Origin: Chrysomallon squamiferum
Taxonomy: Eukaryota > Animalia > Mollusca
DNA length: 64,000 nucleotides
Assembly: GCA_012295275.1 (NCBI GenBank)
Contig: CM022673.1
Location: forward strand, 25,730,001-25,794,000
Direction of reading: 5' to 3'
The first letter of the stretch is position 1. Each line of letters opens with the position of its first letter. Below, piece after piece: positions 35,432 through 50,182 of the stretch. Below the pieces are notes generated by a model. That model was given only the letters and a program-made list of their open reading frames with translations, was not told the origin of the DNA and did not search any database. The position numbers were made by a program, and so were the translations under genes.

Positions 35432-35490
<59 letters not shown>

Positions 35491-38153
35491 CGTAATTGAT
35501 TATGATATTAATAATCTTCGTATTATTAAATAAAATATATATATATTTTTAAATTACCACCTTGGTTTTGCAATTAAGATAAATGTCGGATCTAGAAAAT
35601 AAATCATTCTGACAAAATGTCACGTTATTTATATCGTAAAATTAATATTTCAAGAGTTTTAATATTTATTTTGAAATTTGATATTTATTCTGACACTGCA
35701 ACCTTGATGGTGTATACGGTTTGTCTGATAAATAATGAGATCTGTAGTCAATTTTACAGATTTGAATAATTAAAGCACTGATGAAAGTATGTAAAAAGAA
35801 TGTAAAAAGATGTCAGAACATTAACCCTAAATAAAAATTTCTAAATTTTAAAAGTTGATAGGAATATAAATTAAAATAAAATAAAATACAATAAATAAAT
35901 AAATAAATATTATCAATAGCAATTCAAATGCAATTAAAACAAAATAAAAATAATAAAAACAAAAACCAGCGAACAGAAAAACCCCACAAAAACCCCAAAC
36001 AAGTCAAAAACTAAATAAACAAATAAATTATTGATGTTACAAAGTACAGAGAAAATAATTTTGCAGAAAGGGCATAATTAACGTCATTTATTTATTAAAA
36101 AAAAAAAAAAAAATTTGTATACAGTCAAGCGGTTCATCACGACAAACAAATTTGCTGTTTTAATCTGCTCTGTCATTATTCTGAAACTGGTGTAGATGAT
36201 GTCTCATCAGTTTTTATAAAGAATACAATGGTACGGATCAAGATGTTATAATTCTGGATATTTCTTCAATACTGAATCCGTGGGGGGAAATTTCTGCAGA
36301 ATATAATAATGGAACGTTCATTCATCCGCCATCTTGGTAATTAGAATTTTTCTCTGTTTAATCAGTTCTTTAGAATCTTCTTATTTCTCTTTCATTTCAG
36401 AAATAATGTTATGGAATTTTAATTTCTGAATACTATAACACATTTAAATCTTTAGGTCGTTCATTGTCGTTCTTTTAATGAAAATACTTTTTCTTTACCG
36501 TCGTTCTTATTTGAAGTTTTGAAGGTTTCTGTTTCATGCAGATCAGTGTTATGATATTTTTATTATGTCAAAATACTCTTAGTGACCTACATAAATTAAT
36601 CTCACATCCGGCTTGTGCCACCTCGACTTCAAAAAACATGCATTTGTCCACACCTAGCATCGCAGTTTAAATACTGCACTTCACACGTGTCAGCTTGCAA
36701 TCAGGCCCACGTATTTACGAAAACATTTTTATGAGCTTGTTTACTGTTTTTATGTATTTTAAGAATTTCCTTACTTTTAAAGAAAAATAATCTACTGATA
36801 ATTTATGTATAAACAAGGAGAGAAGTTGCAGTAAAAATTGTCAGTCAGTTAAAACAAGAAACCCTAACCATAAAATGTTCTTGGTCAACTTCACAGAACT
36901 GCATTATCACACTGTTATGACGACTATCCAGCTCATATAACGAAAGTACCGTGGAATTCAAATTATATTCACAAATGATCTTTTGGAAGCGAGCATTTCA
37001 TATCTTTCCTTGTGACTTTTTAATTTATATCTATTCTAATGAGAGAGTTGGACAAATAAATAAATAATAATGCTGATAATGGTGATGATGATGATGATGA
37101 TGATGATAGAACAGTTAGAACAACGACTACAACAACAACAACAGCAATAACAATAATAATAATAACAGTAGGTACATTTGAACATCACATTAAGCCAACA
37201 AACATAAATGCTTGCACAAAAACACAGAACCCATTCCCATAAAATACACGTACACGTACACTTAATACACACATCTACACCTATACGAACATTCATGCAC
37301 ATACACATACACACTCACAACCAAAGAAAAATAGAATCAAATACAAATACACGAACAAGTACATTCAGAAAGAGATCAAATGAAACTTGCTAACTAAAAT
37401 TAATAACTAGTATAACTTCTAAAATGTTCCTTTAAAAAAAAATAAAAAAAATCAACATACATTTAGTAAACTATTTGTTTATTACATCCGTGTGAACCTA
37501 AAAGAAAGAAAGAAAGAAAGAAAAAAAAGGTTCACACTAGAATGTGTGTTGCTTGGAGTACTTATGTAACAGGCGTCAGCTATCCCTTCAGCGCAGTTAA
37601 GTTATCTTGACATACTGGTCTTTATAGTTGTAAAGGCATATGGATCTTCGAGCCAAGATACCCCCACTGTAACACGCTTCTCCATTTAGCATCATTTCCA
37701 GATTGCTAATGCCAAAGTTCCAGAAATAACTCGCTTTTGTTGACCGAAAGCAGCCCGAACGTCAAGAATAGAAACGAACAAAACTGCAGGCTGCAAAATG
37801 GAATTTCCATTCCATTCTTGTTAGCTGTCATTAAACGGTGATAGCGCTGCTCTACGATAAAATAGAGAACATTATGGCCGACCGGCTGACAGTCGAAGTG
37901 ACAAAGAAGTTCGCGATAAGCTTTATTTATACAGTGATAAGCCTTATTTATTTCCATTTTAATTTAATTAATTCTGATTAAGTAACGAATTAATGCAGCC
38001 CTGTGAAATTTACAATAACACGGCTTGAATTTCCCCACGAAGAATAAAACTTTTATTTATTTATGTTTTGTTCTCGTTAAATAATCAGTGTATTTTTTGT
38101 TTAAAGTCTGATCATAATTAACAACTTCAATGATGATGATGATGATGATGATG

Positions 38154-38204
<51 letters not shown>

Positions 38205-38453
38205 TATGTGTTTGTTGTTGTGTTTGCTGTCAGTTGGCAATGAAGGAAAATAAAACATTATGTTATTTTCAGACTGGAATAAGTTTTATTCATGTCCACA
38301 TAATATTAACAAATTACATTTTTGTTATTAAAATCGCTCAGTTCATTATGAATTGTTATATATTACAAATTTTTTCAAATTTTCATTGCAGGAACCGTGA
38401 AAGTTAATAGAATAATAATAAAATATTAACTGTCGACAATGATGATGATGATG

Positions 38454-38487
<34 letters not shown>

Positions 38488-40888
38488 CAACAACAACAGC
38501 AATAATAATAGACCAATGAAGACAACGATAATAATAAGAACGATTATGATAATAATAAATATAATGAATCGGTGAACAAATAATTTAAGATAGAAAGTAT
38601 TAAATAAAAATGAATAAATGCATTTTCAAAATGTAAAACGTAATAATGCACATTATTTAAAATACAAACTAAGATTTGTTATCTGTTTCTTTTTCAGCAC
38701 CAGAAGTAAACTTTTGTCCAGTTTTTATTGTAGTTAACGTTATTGTTATTATTGTTACTGTTATTTCTTCATCTTCTGCTTATTACTCATTCTTCCTTTA
38801 AATTTTGAGAAGAATATCGTAAACACAGGTCTTTTTCTTACATTTTTGTATACGTTACTCATAAGCCTCCTTTGCGTAATTAATATAATTAAACAAAAAG
38901 TATTCGAGGCTGTTTAAAGAAAGTCACATTTGAAAAGGGATAATTAAATCATATCTGTGACATCACTGGAACGTTAAGAATGCCGAGAATCTTATTCATA
39001 TTTAAACCGATGTTTGACGACTGCTTTCCAACTCGAGTGCAGGGCATTCGACCAAATTCCTAACAGCGTTCCTTGAGTTATCTCTCCATTAATAGTTCTT
39101 TTGACAAGGAGTCATCAATCAAAGGACTGATCTGCGAGTATCTATACGTTTGTGCCGTGTTGCTTGAGACGGATGTAGATAGGACTGTTTGGAGTAAATA
39201 CTTATACGACATTAACTATAACTGTTAAACAAGCTTTGGCAACGAACTCTTTCGCTGAATTTATTTCTCGGGAAATGGTCATAGAAAACTCTTCAGTTTT
39301 GCCAGTTGTTTGCCAAGTAGGCTTGTGTTTACTGAAAAGAAAAAAAAGGCTTCAAAACAGTTTAGGTACAAATTCTTGATCTCTCGTTTAAAATATACAC
39401 TTTCGCGTAATTGAACTCGTCGGTTTATCTTTTCAGTAGAAGATGATTCAATTTGGGCCACTTTATTTATGACATAAAGTCGTTACATTTAAATGAACTC
39501 GTGTTGTACAGTACAACACAGTTAAACTGCATATCGTAAAAAATGTATTCCCGGTAACGAACGCAAATTTAAAATAAACACTTTACTGCATTAGCAGTTG
39601 TATTTCTCATTTTAAATATAATAATAATAGTAAAAACAGAAGTATTCACACATGAATACAGCCAGTGTTTATAATATTAATTTTTTTTTTGTAATGGTAA
39701 GATTAATAACAAAAACTCACGCTCTTGTTTAAATTCTGTTTGAAATCATAGGGTGAATAACGTTTTGAAATTTTACTTTCACTTCTTTAAATAATTCAGT
39801 CTTTGAATTTCTAACGCTTAATAATTAATTTTTTTTTAAAAACATTTTGTGTTAACAAATATATTCAGATAATTTTGACATTTTTAAATGTTAAGTTATA
39901 AATTGATGAAATACAAACAAATAAATATATATAAATTATACAAACAAACAAATAAAATGCAAACAAACTTTATAAACCCAGTACTATAAAAATTTACGTT
40001 AAAAGCTTTTATCATCTCGTCAATTCAAGAGGGAACAATTTAAATATATTAACTGTTTTGAAATAAATGATTATGTAAATAAAATGGAAGAGTAAGTGTT
40101 TCTACTGAAAACAGCAAAGGATCAACTATTGTGAAAGCCTATCCAACACTGAATAGCCTACATATATAGATACATAAACACACATTTTAACAAAAATATT
40201 TGATTCATTTTACTCAGTGGAAACGAAATAGAAGTTAGAATATTTTCAAAGGTGGTTTCTGTGAAATCACACGTTTCAAATATTTTCATAGTTTTTGCAT
40301 GAAATCATAACTTTCAAATTAAAACCCAGAGATATCATATCTGTCTATTACGATTTATTTCCACAAAGTCTTGACTTTCGAATTATGACTTACGTAGGTT
40401 TTTTTTTTTTTTTTTTTTTTTTTTTCAAAAACGTTACTTTTCAATCCTTTTAGTTCTTTTTAAAAATAATCAAATGTATTACGTAACAGAAATATACAAA
40501 AACTATACGAGGAGAGCCGATTTCGATATAAATAAAACCTGACAAACTCCACGTTCCGTGCGCATGTCAATATATTTGAATAAACCCAGATGACCGACCC
40601 AGCTTGTGTCACAATAATCTGATAAAAAACAAATCCTTAAATTCCACCTAGATTACTCAACGTTCCACGAGGTATGAAAAACGACAAGAAGCTGTACACG
40701 ACCTTCTCGCTGACCAATGAAATGCAATAGAGAAATCAAGAGGATACGAACCATGTACCAATTTTCATTCGACTGGCTGTCTGTCATTTGCCAAGGAACA
40801 CCAGCAGCACACTTTGGTAACCTCGACCAAAGCAATTCTAATTATGTTTATATTGCTAAATTACTATATGAATGATGATAATGTGCTT

Positions 40889-40940
<52 letters not shown>

Positions 40941-41382
40941 GTATCGTGCTGATGTCAGTTTTGCTTCTCGTGTTAGAGATATGTGATAACTTCATTGCTA
41001 TTCAACAGCAAAATGTAACCACCGATATCTAGCTTCAGTTAGGTAGGCATCACGTACTATTAATGTTAATGAAAATAAAATTAAACAGAAAGCGCGTGAT
41101 TGAGCGCAAATGCACGTTTAATTTCAGCATATTATTACGTATTGGTTTCAGTGTCTTGTTGAAGAAAATATCTATTCAAAATTCAGTGCTGAATTAAACT
41201 GAAAGGTTGTGTACCGATTTTTGGATAGGAAATGAAAAATCGGAGTGTTTATGTAATTTGACACTGCATGCAGAAAGACACTTAAAATACACTTACCTGG
41301 TACTATGAGCATATACCATAGAAATATGTATGCATATTACGTACACATGTATATATGGATTTTAAAATTAAAATCATAGGTG

Positions 41383-41441
<59 letters not shown>

Positions 41442-42059
41442 GTGTGTATGTATATGTAATATATATGTGTGTGTATATGTATATATATTTTATATAGATA
41501 AAATGAATACATATAATCAAGAGTGATACCGCTAAAAAGAAATAAACAGAAGATATATTTAAGAAAAATAATGTTTACATACAAAGATAACGACCATACT
41601 GTTGCGATATGGAGCAGTACATGGCAAAACGGACAAAAATAAATCCCAGTCTTAACTGTTTTGTTGTTGCAATCAAACGATTTATTTGATCTAATTTATT
41701 ATAGACATTTTTTTTTTTTTTTTTTTTTTTTTTATACAGATGTATGCTGATTTATTAAGCGTTACTGCGGTACATTCGGTTAGCACTTTTTTGGTTTTGT
41801 TTTTGTTTTTTCTTCACGCATAATTGTGTGTGACATATCACATTTGGCATTTCATTATTTTCAGTGTAAGAAAATCGATTTTCATCATCATCAGCTGTTC
41901 GGAATGCCCTCCGAGCTTTGTCTTTCGAGCTGTAAATGGATTCAAAGGGAAAACGTAAAAAGCTCGAAGAAATGAATTTATAGTAGTAGTACTGAAATCC
42001 TCCAACTGTTCATTTGTGTGTGAGTGTGCGTGAGTGTGCGTGTGCGTATGCGTGTGTTT

Positions 42060-42091
<32 letters not shown>

Positions 42092-42564
42092 ACGAAGATA
42101 GATAGGTCGGTATGCGTGGAGGTATGCATATATCTGAGTAAGTATGTGTATATATGAGTTACTACGTATGTCTGTATAGGCGTACGTTTTTGCGTTTACT
42201 TATTTATGTAGGTAGCTGGGTAGGTAGCCACGTATTTTGTATGTGTATATGTTTATATGTTTCTCTGCATGTGTGTGTGTGGAAATATGTGTTTTGATGT
42301 GTGTTTTATATGTTTTGTTTATGTTATGATATAGATATACCCACGAATGAATGCATTTATATGTATGTATGTATGTTAATTTGTTTCGCAATGTATACAT
42401 GTATATATTTATATGTATTTATGAATATAAACCTGTTATATTTTCACAAGATAATTTGTTTATTAATGTAAAGATAATTTATATTTTTGTACTGATAATA
42501 GTTCAAAATTCACTCTATCCCGACACTGCAAAATCTTTATCAACGTTCATATTCATGCTGGACG

Positions 42565-42600
<36 letters not shown>

Positions 42601-42670
42601 AAATCTATCTCAAACAAGGTTAATATTGATTATTTTTCTTTTTTAAAATTATCCTGAAAAATCAAACTGA

Positions 42671-43080
42671 TTTGCCTAGCAACCAGCGGGCTTAATTTAA
42701 ACTACGGAATCATTTTACTTGCTGCAGTTTAAACTGTTAATTAAGTTCGCTATTTCTTGAGGGTAAATAATCAGAGTTCGCTCGTCACAAGTCCAACATC
42801 AAACAACGCAGCACCTATGTGGAAGCATTCGCCTGGGAAATTCGTCACGTTTGTGATGATGAAAAGATCTCGCCTCGTCATTCACGGCACGCGACTCGCT
42901 TTTGATGGGGCGGAGCCTAATGACTGACAGAGAAATCAGCTGACTTCAACATAGTTTCTGCATTTGCGAAATGTTTGTCAATGATGATGCGGCTAAGTAT
43001 TACATATACGAATACAAATATATATATGTGTATATATATCTCTCTCTGTTCTCTATAGTGGCAGTAAGAAAGCTATAAAA
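42671..43080 (+). promoter_or_regulatory. Proximal promoter of the myostatin-like gene
   Basis: TATAAAA 43074-43080 (~90 nt before the ATG), GC box GGGGCGGAGC 42907-42916, TGACTGACAG (Pbx-Meis/Prep type) 42921-42930, E-box CAGCTG 42937-42942, three CGTCA half-CREs between ~42783 and ~42880, X-box-like TTTGCCTAGCAAC 42671-42683. Confidence 0.6.
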
Positions 43081-43169
43081 GCTAAGCGGATCTGTCGCTG
43101 GCTTGTACGCTTTTGAGACTTCGGTTCTAGTCACCACATGAGAAAGCTACGCCGGTAGCCAAACACACG

Positions 43170-43896
43170 ATGGTGTTTACAGTGTTTGGGCACTTAATGC
43201 TGTGGACAGTTGTAAACTTTCTAATTCGCCACCATTCCGTAAGAGGTCAAGAAACGAATGCAAATTTACAGTGGACGGACGACAACTTGAATTCGGACAA
43301 GGTGAACGTTTCTGAAAAATCCAAAATACCGGAGATTAACGTGTCCGTCGAGAGAGGTAACGGGAACGTTTCCGAACACCCTAGTGATGACAACATGACA
43401 GTGCGCAATGAAAACAGTTCTGTCGCTGACGTAAAGCGCTTGAGCGAGGACGACAAAACAGTGAGGAATAATAATAATAATAATAATAATTATAATAATA
43501 ATAATAACAATAAATATAATATTAACAGCACTTCTGACACAGACTTCGTTCAGTTAAATAGCACGTCGAGTAACAACAGTACCGTTGACGGTTCCGTTAA
43601 ATCTACCAACAAAAGCAAAGACAAGAGAGAATGTTCTGTGTGTGTTATGAAGGATCAGGACAAAAACCTCAGACTGCAAGCGATCAAAAATCAGATCATG
43701 GCAAAACTGAGGTTCGACGGAACTATGCCTAACATCACCGGCAGAACCCTGCCCAAAGTGCCAGCATTTGCACATCTTCTCGAAGACAATGAAATGCAAA
43801 ACGACGCTCCGTACGACACGAGTTGGAATGAGTACTACGACGAAGACGAACAACCCTACGGCCGAACTGAGAGAGTCTTCACCATAGCAAAACAAC
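43170..43896 (+). CDS. MSTN: Myostatin-like exon 1 (signal peptide, Asn/Ser-rich extension, latency region)
   Basis: ORF 43170..43940; acgATGg start; C|gtaagc donor. Confidence 0.92.
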
Positions 43897-43940
43897 GTAA
43901 GCATCAAATATTTGTCAGAATGCTTATCTGTATATTTTAA

Positions 43941-44008
<68 letters not shown>

Positions 44009-44757
44009 GTCTGATTTTTTTTTGGATTTTTTTACATGAAAAGAACAACAAGAAAATGCATTTGATTATCTGAAACTGAAACTTTTACCAGAATGTGAAG
44101 TTAAGCTTCTGATTTAATTATTTTCGTTCACCCCGTGGGATTTGACATTTCTATAGTTGAGAAAAAAAAAAAAAAAAAAAAAACAACTATTTTTTGCTGT
44201 TGTTATCCACAATAATCGTAGACTAATGCAGTTTAATTTCGTTAATACTCCGCCTACAAAATTATTTTCAGAAAAGTAAGATAATGGTTGAACGGCATCA
44301 CAGGCTTAAACACGTCATTTTGAAAGTAGTAGTAATGTCGGCAAAAATAAATCAATAAAATAATTTGTAGCTAAAAAAACAACAAAAAAAAACGTTCAAG
44401 TTAAAAGCGAAAGCTCGTCGATGAGAGATATAAAAATGGAAATGAGGTTAGCCTGAACCCGCTACACAACCAACAAAATCTGTTATTCTGATAATCGAAG
44501 TTGAAAAAGCAATATTTCCATTGATCTTTAGTGGTTTATGTTGTTGTTGGTTTTTTTGTTCACTCACATGCAATATCAGTGTTATTTGAATATAACACAG
44601 AATGGAATACAGTCTCTCTCTCTCAGTCTCTCTCTCTCTCTCTCTTTGTCTCTGTCTCTGTCTCTCTCTCTCTCTACATTCACATACTACAAGAACACAT
44701 TTATATGTGTGTATGTGTACGTGTGTGTGTGTCTGTTTGTGTGTGTATGTGTCTATG

Positions 44758-44790
<33 letters not shown>

Positions 44791-45545
44791 TTAGAAGGAA
44801 AGTACAGGTTAGCCATAAGTATATAAGCATATTTAAAATTGTTGGAATGCCTGCGGAACAAGTAGCCTGAATTCATTTATTTCCTGTTTATGATGATCGC
44901 ATATTTTAATAACAAACTATGACAGTAATATTACTCTTCGTTTCGTCTCGAGTCGCCTCATCTTGGTTTCAATTCAAGAATTCTGGTACAAAGCGCAGCC
45001 GTCACTCACTCACTCGCGGTTTCAGTTGTCGCAAAGAAAAGAAAAATTCTGTGACATCTCTACGTAATAGGGAATCTGACGTAAACGTTGTTAAATTTAA
45101 TACGTTTTCTGCGCGGTGTTGACGTATTTCTGTCTATCTTCTGTTGCTTGTTTATTTAACAATCTGATGTTCGAACCAATGGGATTAGATTGAAATTAGC
45201 ATTAAATGATCGTTTTTCGGAGCTAAGGATGCGGTCATAATTTGTACAGCACAATTTTTTTTTTTAACTGGTGACGTAACCGAGTATTCAAAGAAAGTGG
45301 CTTACTTCAGTTCATGTGAAGACGTTCGGTACCTAATTTGACCTTAATTTAAATTAATATTAACACACACTGTGTAAAATTAAAATGGCTTGTGCCTTTT
45401 AAGGGATATTATAAAAAATTTGCTGAAAAATAATTATAGACTTAATTTTTAAGCGTGGAAAATATATGATCCCTATTAATGCCTATTTTGGAGACCTTTT
45501 TTGTGGGTTCTTTTTATATGTTTTTTTTTAACAACATTTTTAGTT

Positions 45546-45611
<66 letters not shown>

Positions 45612-46021
45612 TTGATATATAAATGATTTTAAAAAACAGTCAAATACACAATTAAGAATTATATTTATAAAATATATTTATAAAACACAGACATGCGCAT
45701 TACTATAAGTTTCTACATCCACAACAGCAACTACTACTACTACTACTGTATTACTACTAACATTTCTATTGATATAACTATTACTACAACTGTCACTGCC
45801 CCATCAACCAGCACTCCTACTACTATTACTACAACAACAACTACTACTATCACTACAACAACTACTACTATTACAACCAATATCACTGCTACTGTTACTG
45901 CTTACTTTTTTATTACAAATTTTATTTTATTCTGTAATAAAAAATCAAATTAAAAATAAAAAGAACCTTTTATTTTTCTCTGTCATATAAAAATCAAATT
46001 AAAATGACCAATCAGTCTTAA

Positions 46022-46068
<47 letters not shown>

Positions 46069-46115
46069 TGATGATGATGATGATGAAGATAATAATAATA
46101 ATAATGATAATGATG

Positions 46116-46161
<46 letters not shown>

Positions 46162-48605
46162 TGATGATGATTATGATGATAATAATAATATTAATAATAA
46201 AATATTTCTGCTCTTTGATATTACTGGAATTCAGTTTGTCATGACTGGGCCATTTTCCCGACCCAGCCTGGTCTCGCATCTTTATCGTGTCGATGGGAAG
46301 GTCCTTATAAAATATCGCTTATTGCTAACTGAAAAAGTGTAGCCCATCTTCAGACGGCTATAAGTATCCATCCATCTCTGAGTAGTCCATCTGTGTTTTC
46401 TTTAAAAAAAAAAATCGCGCGCGCGGGTTTTGACCTCACCAGACCGGAACTACCCTTTCAAGCCGCGTGGCGTTCATTCACTCGCCGATTGTTTAAGTAT
46501 CGAGTCGCCACAGTTGTGTATCGTCAATTTTCTTTATTTTTTTTTAATTTTAAAATGTTTATGCCTAATTAATTACGTTATTTAGATGCCTTGGTACCAG
46601 AAAACCGGAAAATCCCGAAATCCGGAGTCCGGATAATTGGTCCGGTACATGTGTAACTAATCTGTACACCATAAGACTATTTACAATGTAACCATAATCC
46701 TTGTAGTTCGTAACATTTGTTCTTATTATTTATATATATATATATATATATATAATACATTATGAACTATTTTTAGCAATGTATGACTCATTTTCATGAA
46801 TGAATTCTTTACGCTTTAATTTAAAGATATTAAATTTATGTGCTATATTGGTCAAAATATATTTTTTTGTTAATTTGACGTAATTTGTAACGTAAAATGT
46901 TGAATATAACGACCTTTCCTCGCCTACAAAGATTCTTTTTTTCAATTACTTTTTTTTTTTTTTTTTCCCCCCAATAGAAATTAGATAAATACCATTGCGT
47001 AATACTGCTGAACGTAACAGTAATTTTCTGTAATACTATTATTTACGATTCAGTTCAGCCTTCATTAATTCCTGTTTCACCTCTTGTGATAAAGATTATT
47101 TCTTCCAATAATCGAAGTAATTTAAACATTACCAAAGCAGAAAAAGACATTTAAATAAGATTTTTTTTGTATTTTTTTTTTTTTTTTTTTTTTTAAATCC
47201 TATAGAAGAATAAAAAAAAAAAATGTCACTGAATATATTGGATTTGGTATTCGTCCTTCTAAAAGTGCCTAAAGTACTTCCGTTTACGACTAGTATATGG
47301 ACAAATGTTACTGAGCAGTTTTATTTTAGTATCGACACCAAAGTCACTGTTTACGATCATCTTATTCTCTCGTAATTAGGACTGAAATCAGCCACCAGTT
47401 ATTTCCATTTTTGGATCAATCAAAAACTGCAGGTTGTCAAACGACTATTACCATCCCACACGATATTGAAGTGTGTGTGAAATGCATTGAGGTGTTTATA
47501 ACCGTAACTGAAAAAAGTTTCTCAATATACCTCTGACGTGAGCTGCTATTTAATAATAAATTTCAAAGTTTAGAAGCTTTGTCTTCTGTGATTTGATTTC
47601 TCAGCATTTTTAGTAATAAACAGAAACCTTTTTATTTCTCTTTTTTTTTTTTTTTTTTTTTTAGGGGGGTGGAGTTTGGGGGTTTTGTATTTTCAATACA
47701 TTTTCTATAAACATTATGTATTAAAATACTGATTTAATATATTTTGAGAATATAATCAAAAATAGAATAAAATGCTATGGCATTAGTTAAATAAATACGA
47801 ACCGGCTATTTTAATTCTGACATTTCCCGAATGGAATTCTTCTCAATTCAAACAATCAGATAAATGTTTCGAAAAATCGTTTGTTGTGATTAACAAATAC
47901 GTAACCGCATATCGAAATGTTAAATGACGGATGTTTTAGTTAATTTTCTCATGAAATTTTCTTCTTTTTTTTTTTTCCTCTTATATAATTACGATCTCGT
48001 AATAGGCAAAATTGCATCTTTTTTATTTTTTTTTTTTTTTTTTCACCCTCCTAATAAAAATGTAAATGATTTGTTTTATTATAATCTAACTGATAGGACA
48101 TTTGACAGTATCAACATACAAGCTTTTTATTTTATCTAAAACAAAATTATGTTGTTAAACGATGGGAAACAGAAAAGCAAATACAAGATATACTGAATTT
48201 TATTCTGAAGTATTTTCTAGATCACTGCTAGTTAAACTGTCTTTGATTACATGTATGATAATAAGATTGCTCGATATAAAACTCAGTTATTTTCACATTT
48301 TACAATTCGACTGTTATCAAAACTCACACTGTTTTTGCCACGAATATCACATTTATATAGAAAACATATATTATATATATTTCGTTAAGCCATACTAAAT
48401 AAATGCTCAAAGCCAATTTACTTTATTATTTTTTTATTATTATTATTTTTTATAAAATGCTTTCAGAATATCTTCATTCCACATTTTGTCTTTTCACCAT
48501 AACAAGAAAACATACTCTATCGCATATTAATAAAAAAAAAAAATAATAATAATAATAATAATAAATCAGTTTTAAAGCAAAATTTAATACTTCTGGTTAT
48601 TTCAC

Positions 48606-48649
<44 letters not shown>

Positions 48650-48731
48650 TATTAATAATAATTATAAATAATATAATAATATTATTAATAATAAATAAAT
48701 AATAATAACAAATATTAATAATAAATAAATA

Positions 48732-48775
<44 letters not shown>

Positions 48776-50109
48776 TAATAAATAACAATAACAGTAATAG
48801 CCATTATAATGCGAATAATATTTCACTCAACACCCATGCCAAACCGCGTGCGTAAATAAGTCTTCGCAAGATTCATTACTCCACATTCCTTCTAAAAACA
48901 GTAATGCTTAGCAAGCAATATGTTATGTCTTCTTCTCCAGGTTCCCTACTCATGGCGTTAATGAAGATATATCTCAAAGGTAATAGGCCAGCATTCATTT
49001 CTCAAGTTGACGATAACTGGGATTCTCCTCCACTTAATAAGCTCGCGTTATGAAGCAGTTTTGCGGGTCACTGCGGTTTTATTTAGAAAACTTCGTGTAG
49101 CCAAACAGAGCTGAGAGATAACGTAAGTCGGGTTACAAAAACGAAAATCCCGTGCTGTCCATGCGATGTAAAGCTGTTCGTAACGGCAAACGAAGGTCAG
49201 CAGATTTATTGCAGGAGGAAATTATTATTATTGGTTATTTCATCTTGCTGACAATCGTAATGAAATATTATGCGAATCCGTTTTGATGATTTATTTATGG
49301 CACTTGTTGGTACTCTTCCAGTTTGAACCGTACATAGTGCTGCTATATGTTGAGCATGTAATATATCTCATTTTTTTATTTTTTATTTATTTTTATTAGT
49401 TTTTTTTTTTTTTAAATTTTAAATTATATATATCAAGTATTGTAATTATCGTTATGGCGAAATAACTATTAAAACAGCAACATAATTTCTGTTTTGGGAA
49501 ATAATTATTAAAATAGCAACATAATTTCTATTTTGGGGAAATAATTGTTAAAATAGCAACGTAATTATCTATTTAAATTTTCATGGAAACATAATTGTCA
49601 GAAACGTTTTTCCGAAATTGAAGCAATTTATAAAATTTTAATTTCGAAAAAAATTTCTCCGTTAAAACAAGTCTTGTAAGACAACTTTGATTTAGAAACT
49701 GAAGACACAGATTATTGCTCGGATGCTCGGAAGCTCAGTATTTTGGCCAATTACTAACCGATTTAACCTGTTAGCGTGTTAATCGTTTAATATATCACAG
49801 CTGCAATGTGCCAAACAGAATAGCTGTAACACTTAACACATGTTAAGTAAACCTAAATAAAAACTCTTAACATGTTAAAAATAGTTGTGTTTTTGTTTTT
49901 CCTTTTCTTTTTTCTTTTTTTTTTTTTTTTTGTTTTTTTGTAAGTAGAATGGAGTGCTCTATCTCGAAAGCTGATTTCCTTTTGATTGTTATTATTGATT
50001 TATCATCATTATCAGTATCTTCAGCATCGTTTTTTTTTTTTTTTTTTTTTTTTTATCTGAACGAAACAGATTATCTTCTTCGTAATATGTTTAGGGGAAT
50101 GCTCTTACT

Positions 50110-50182
<73 letters not shown>

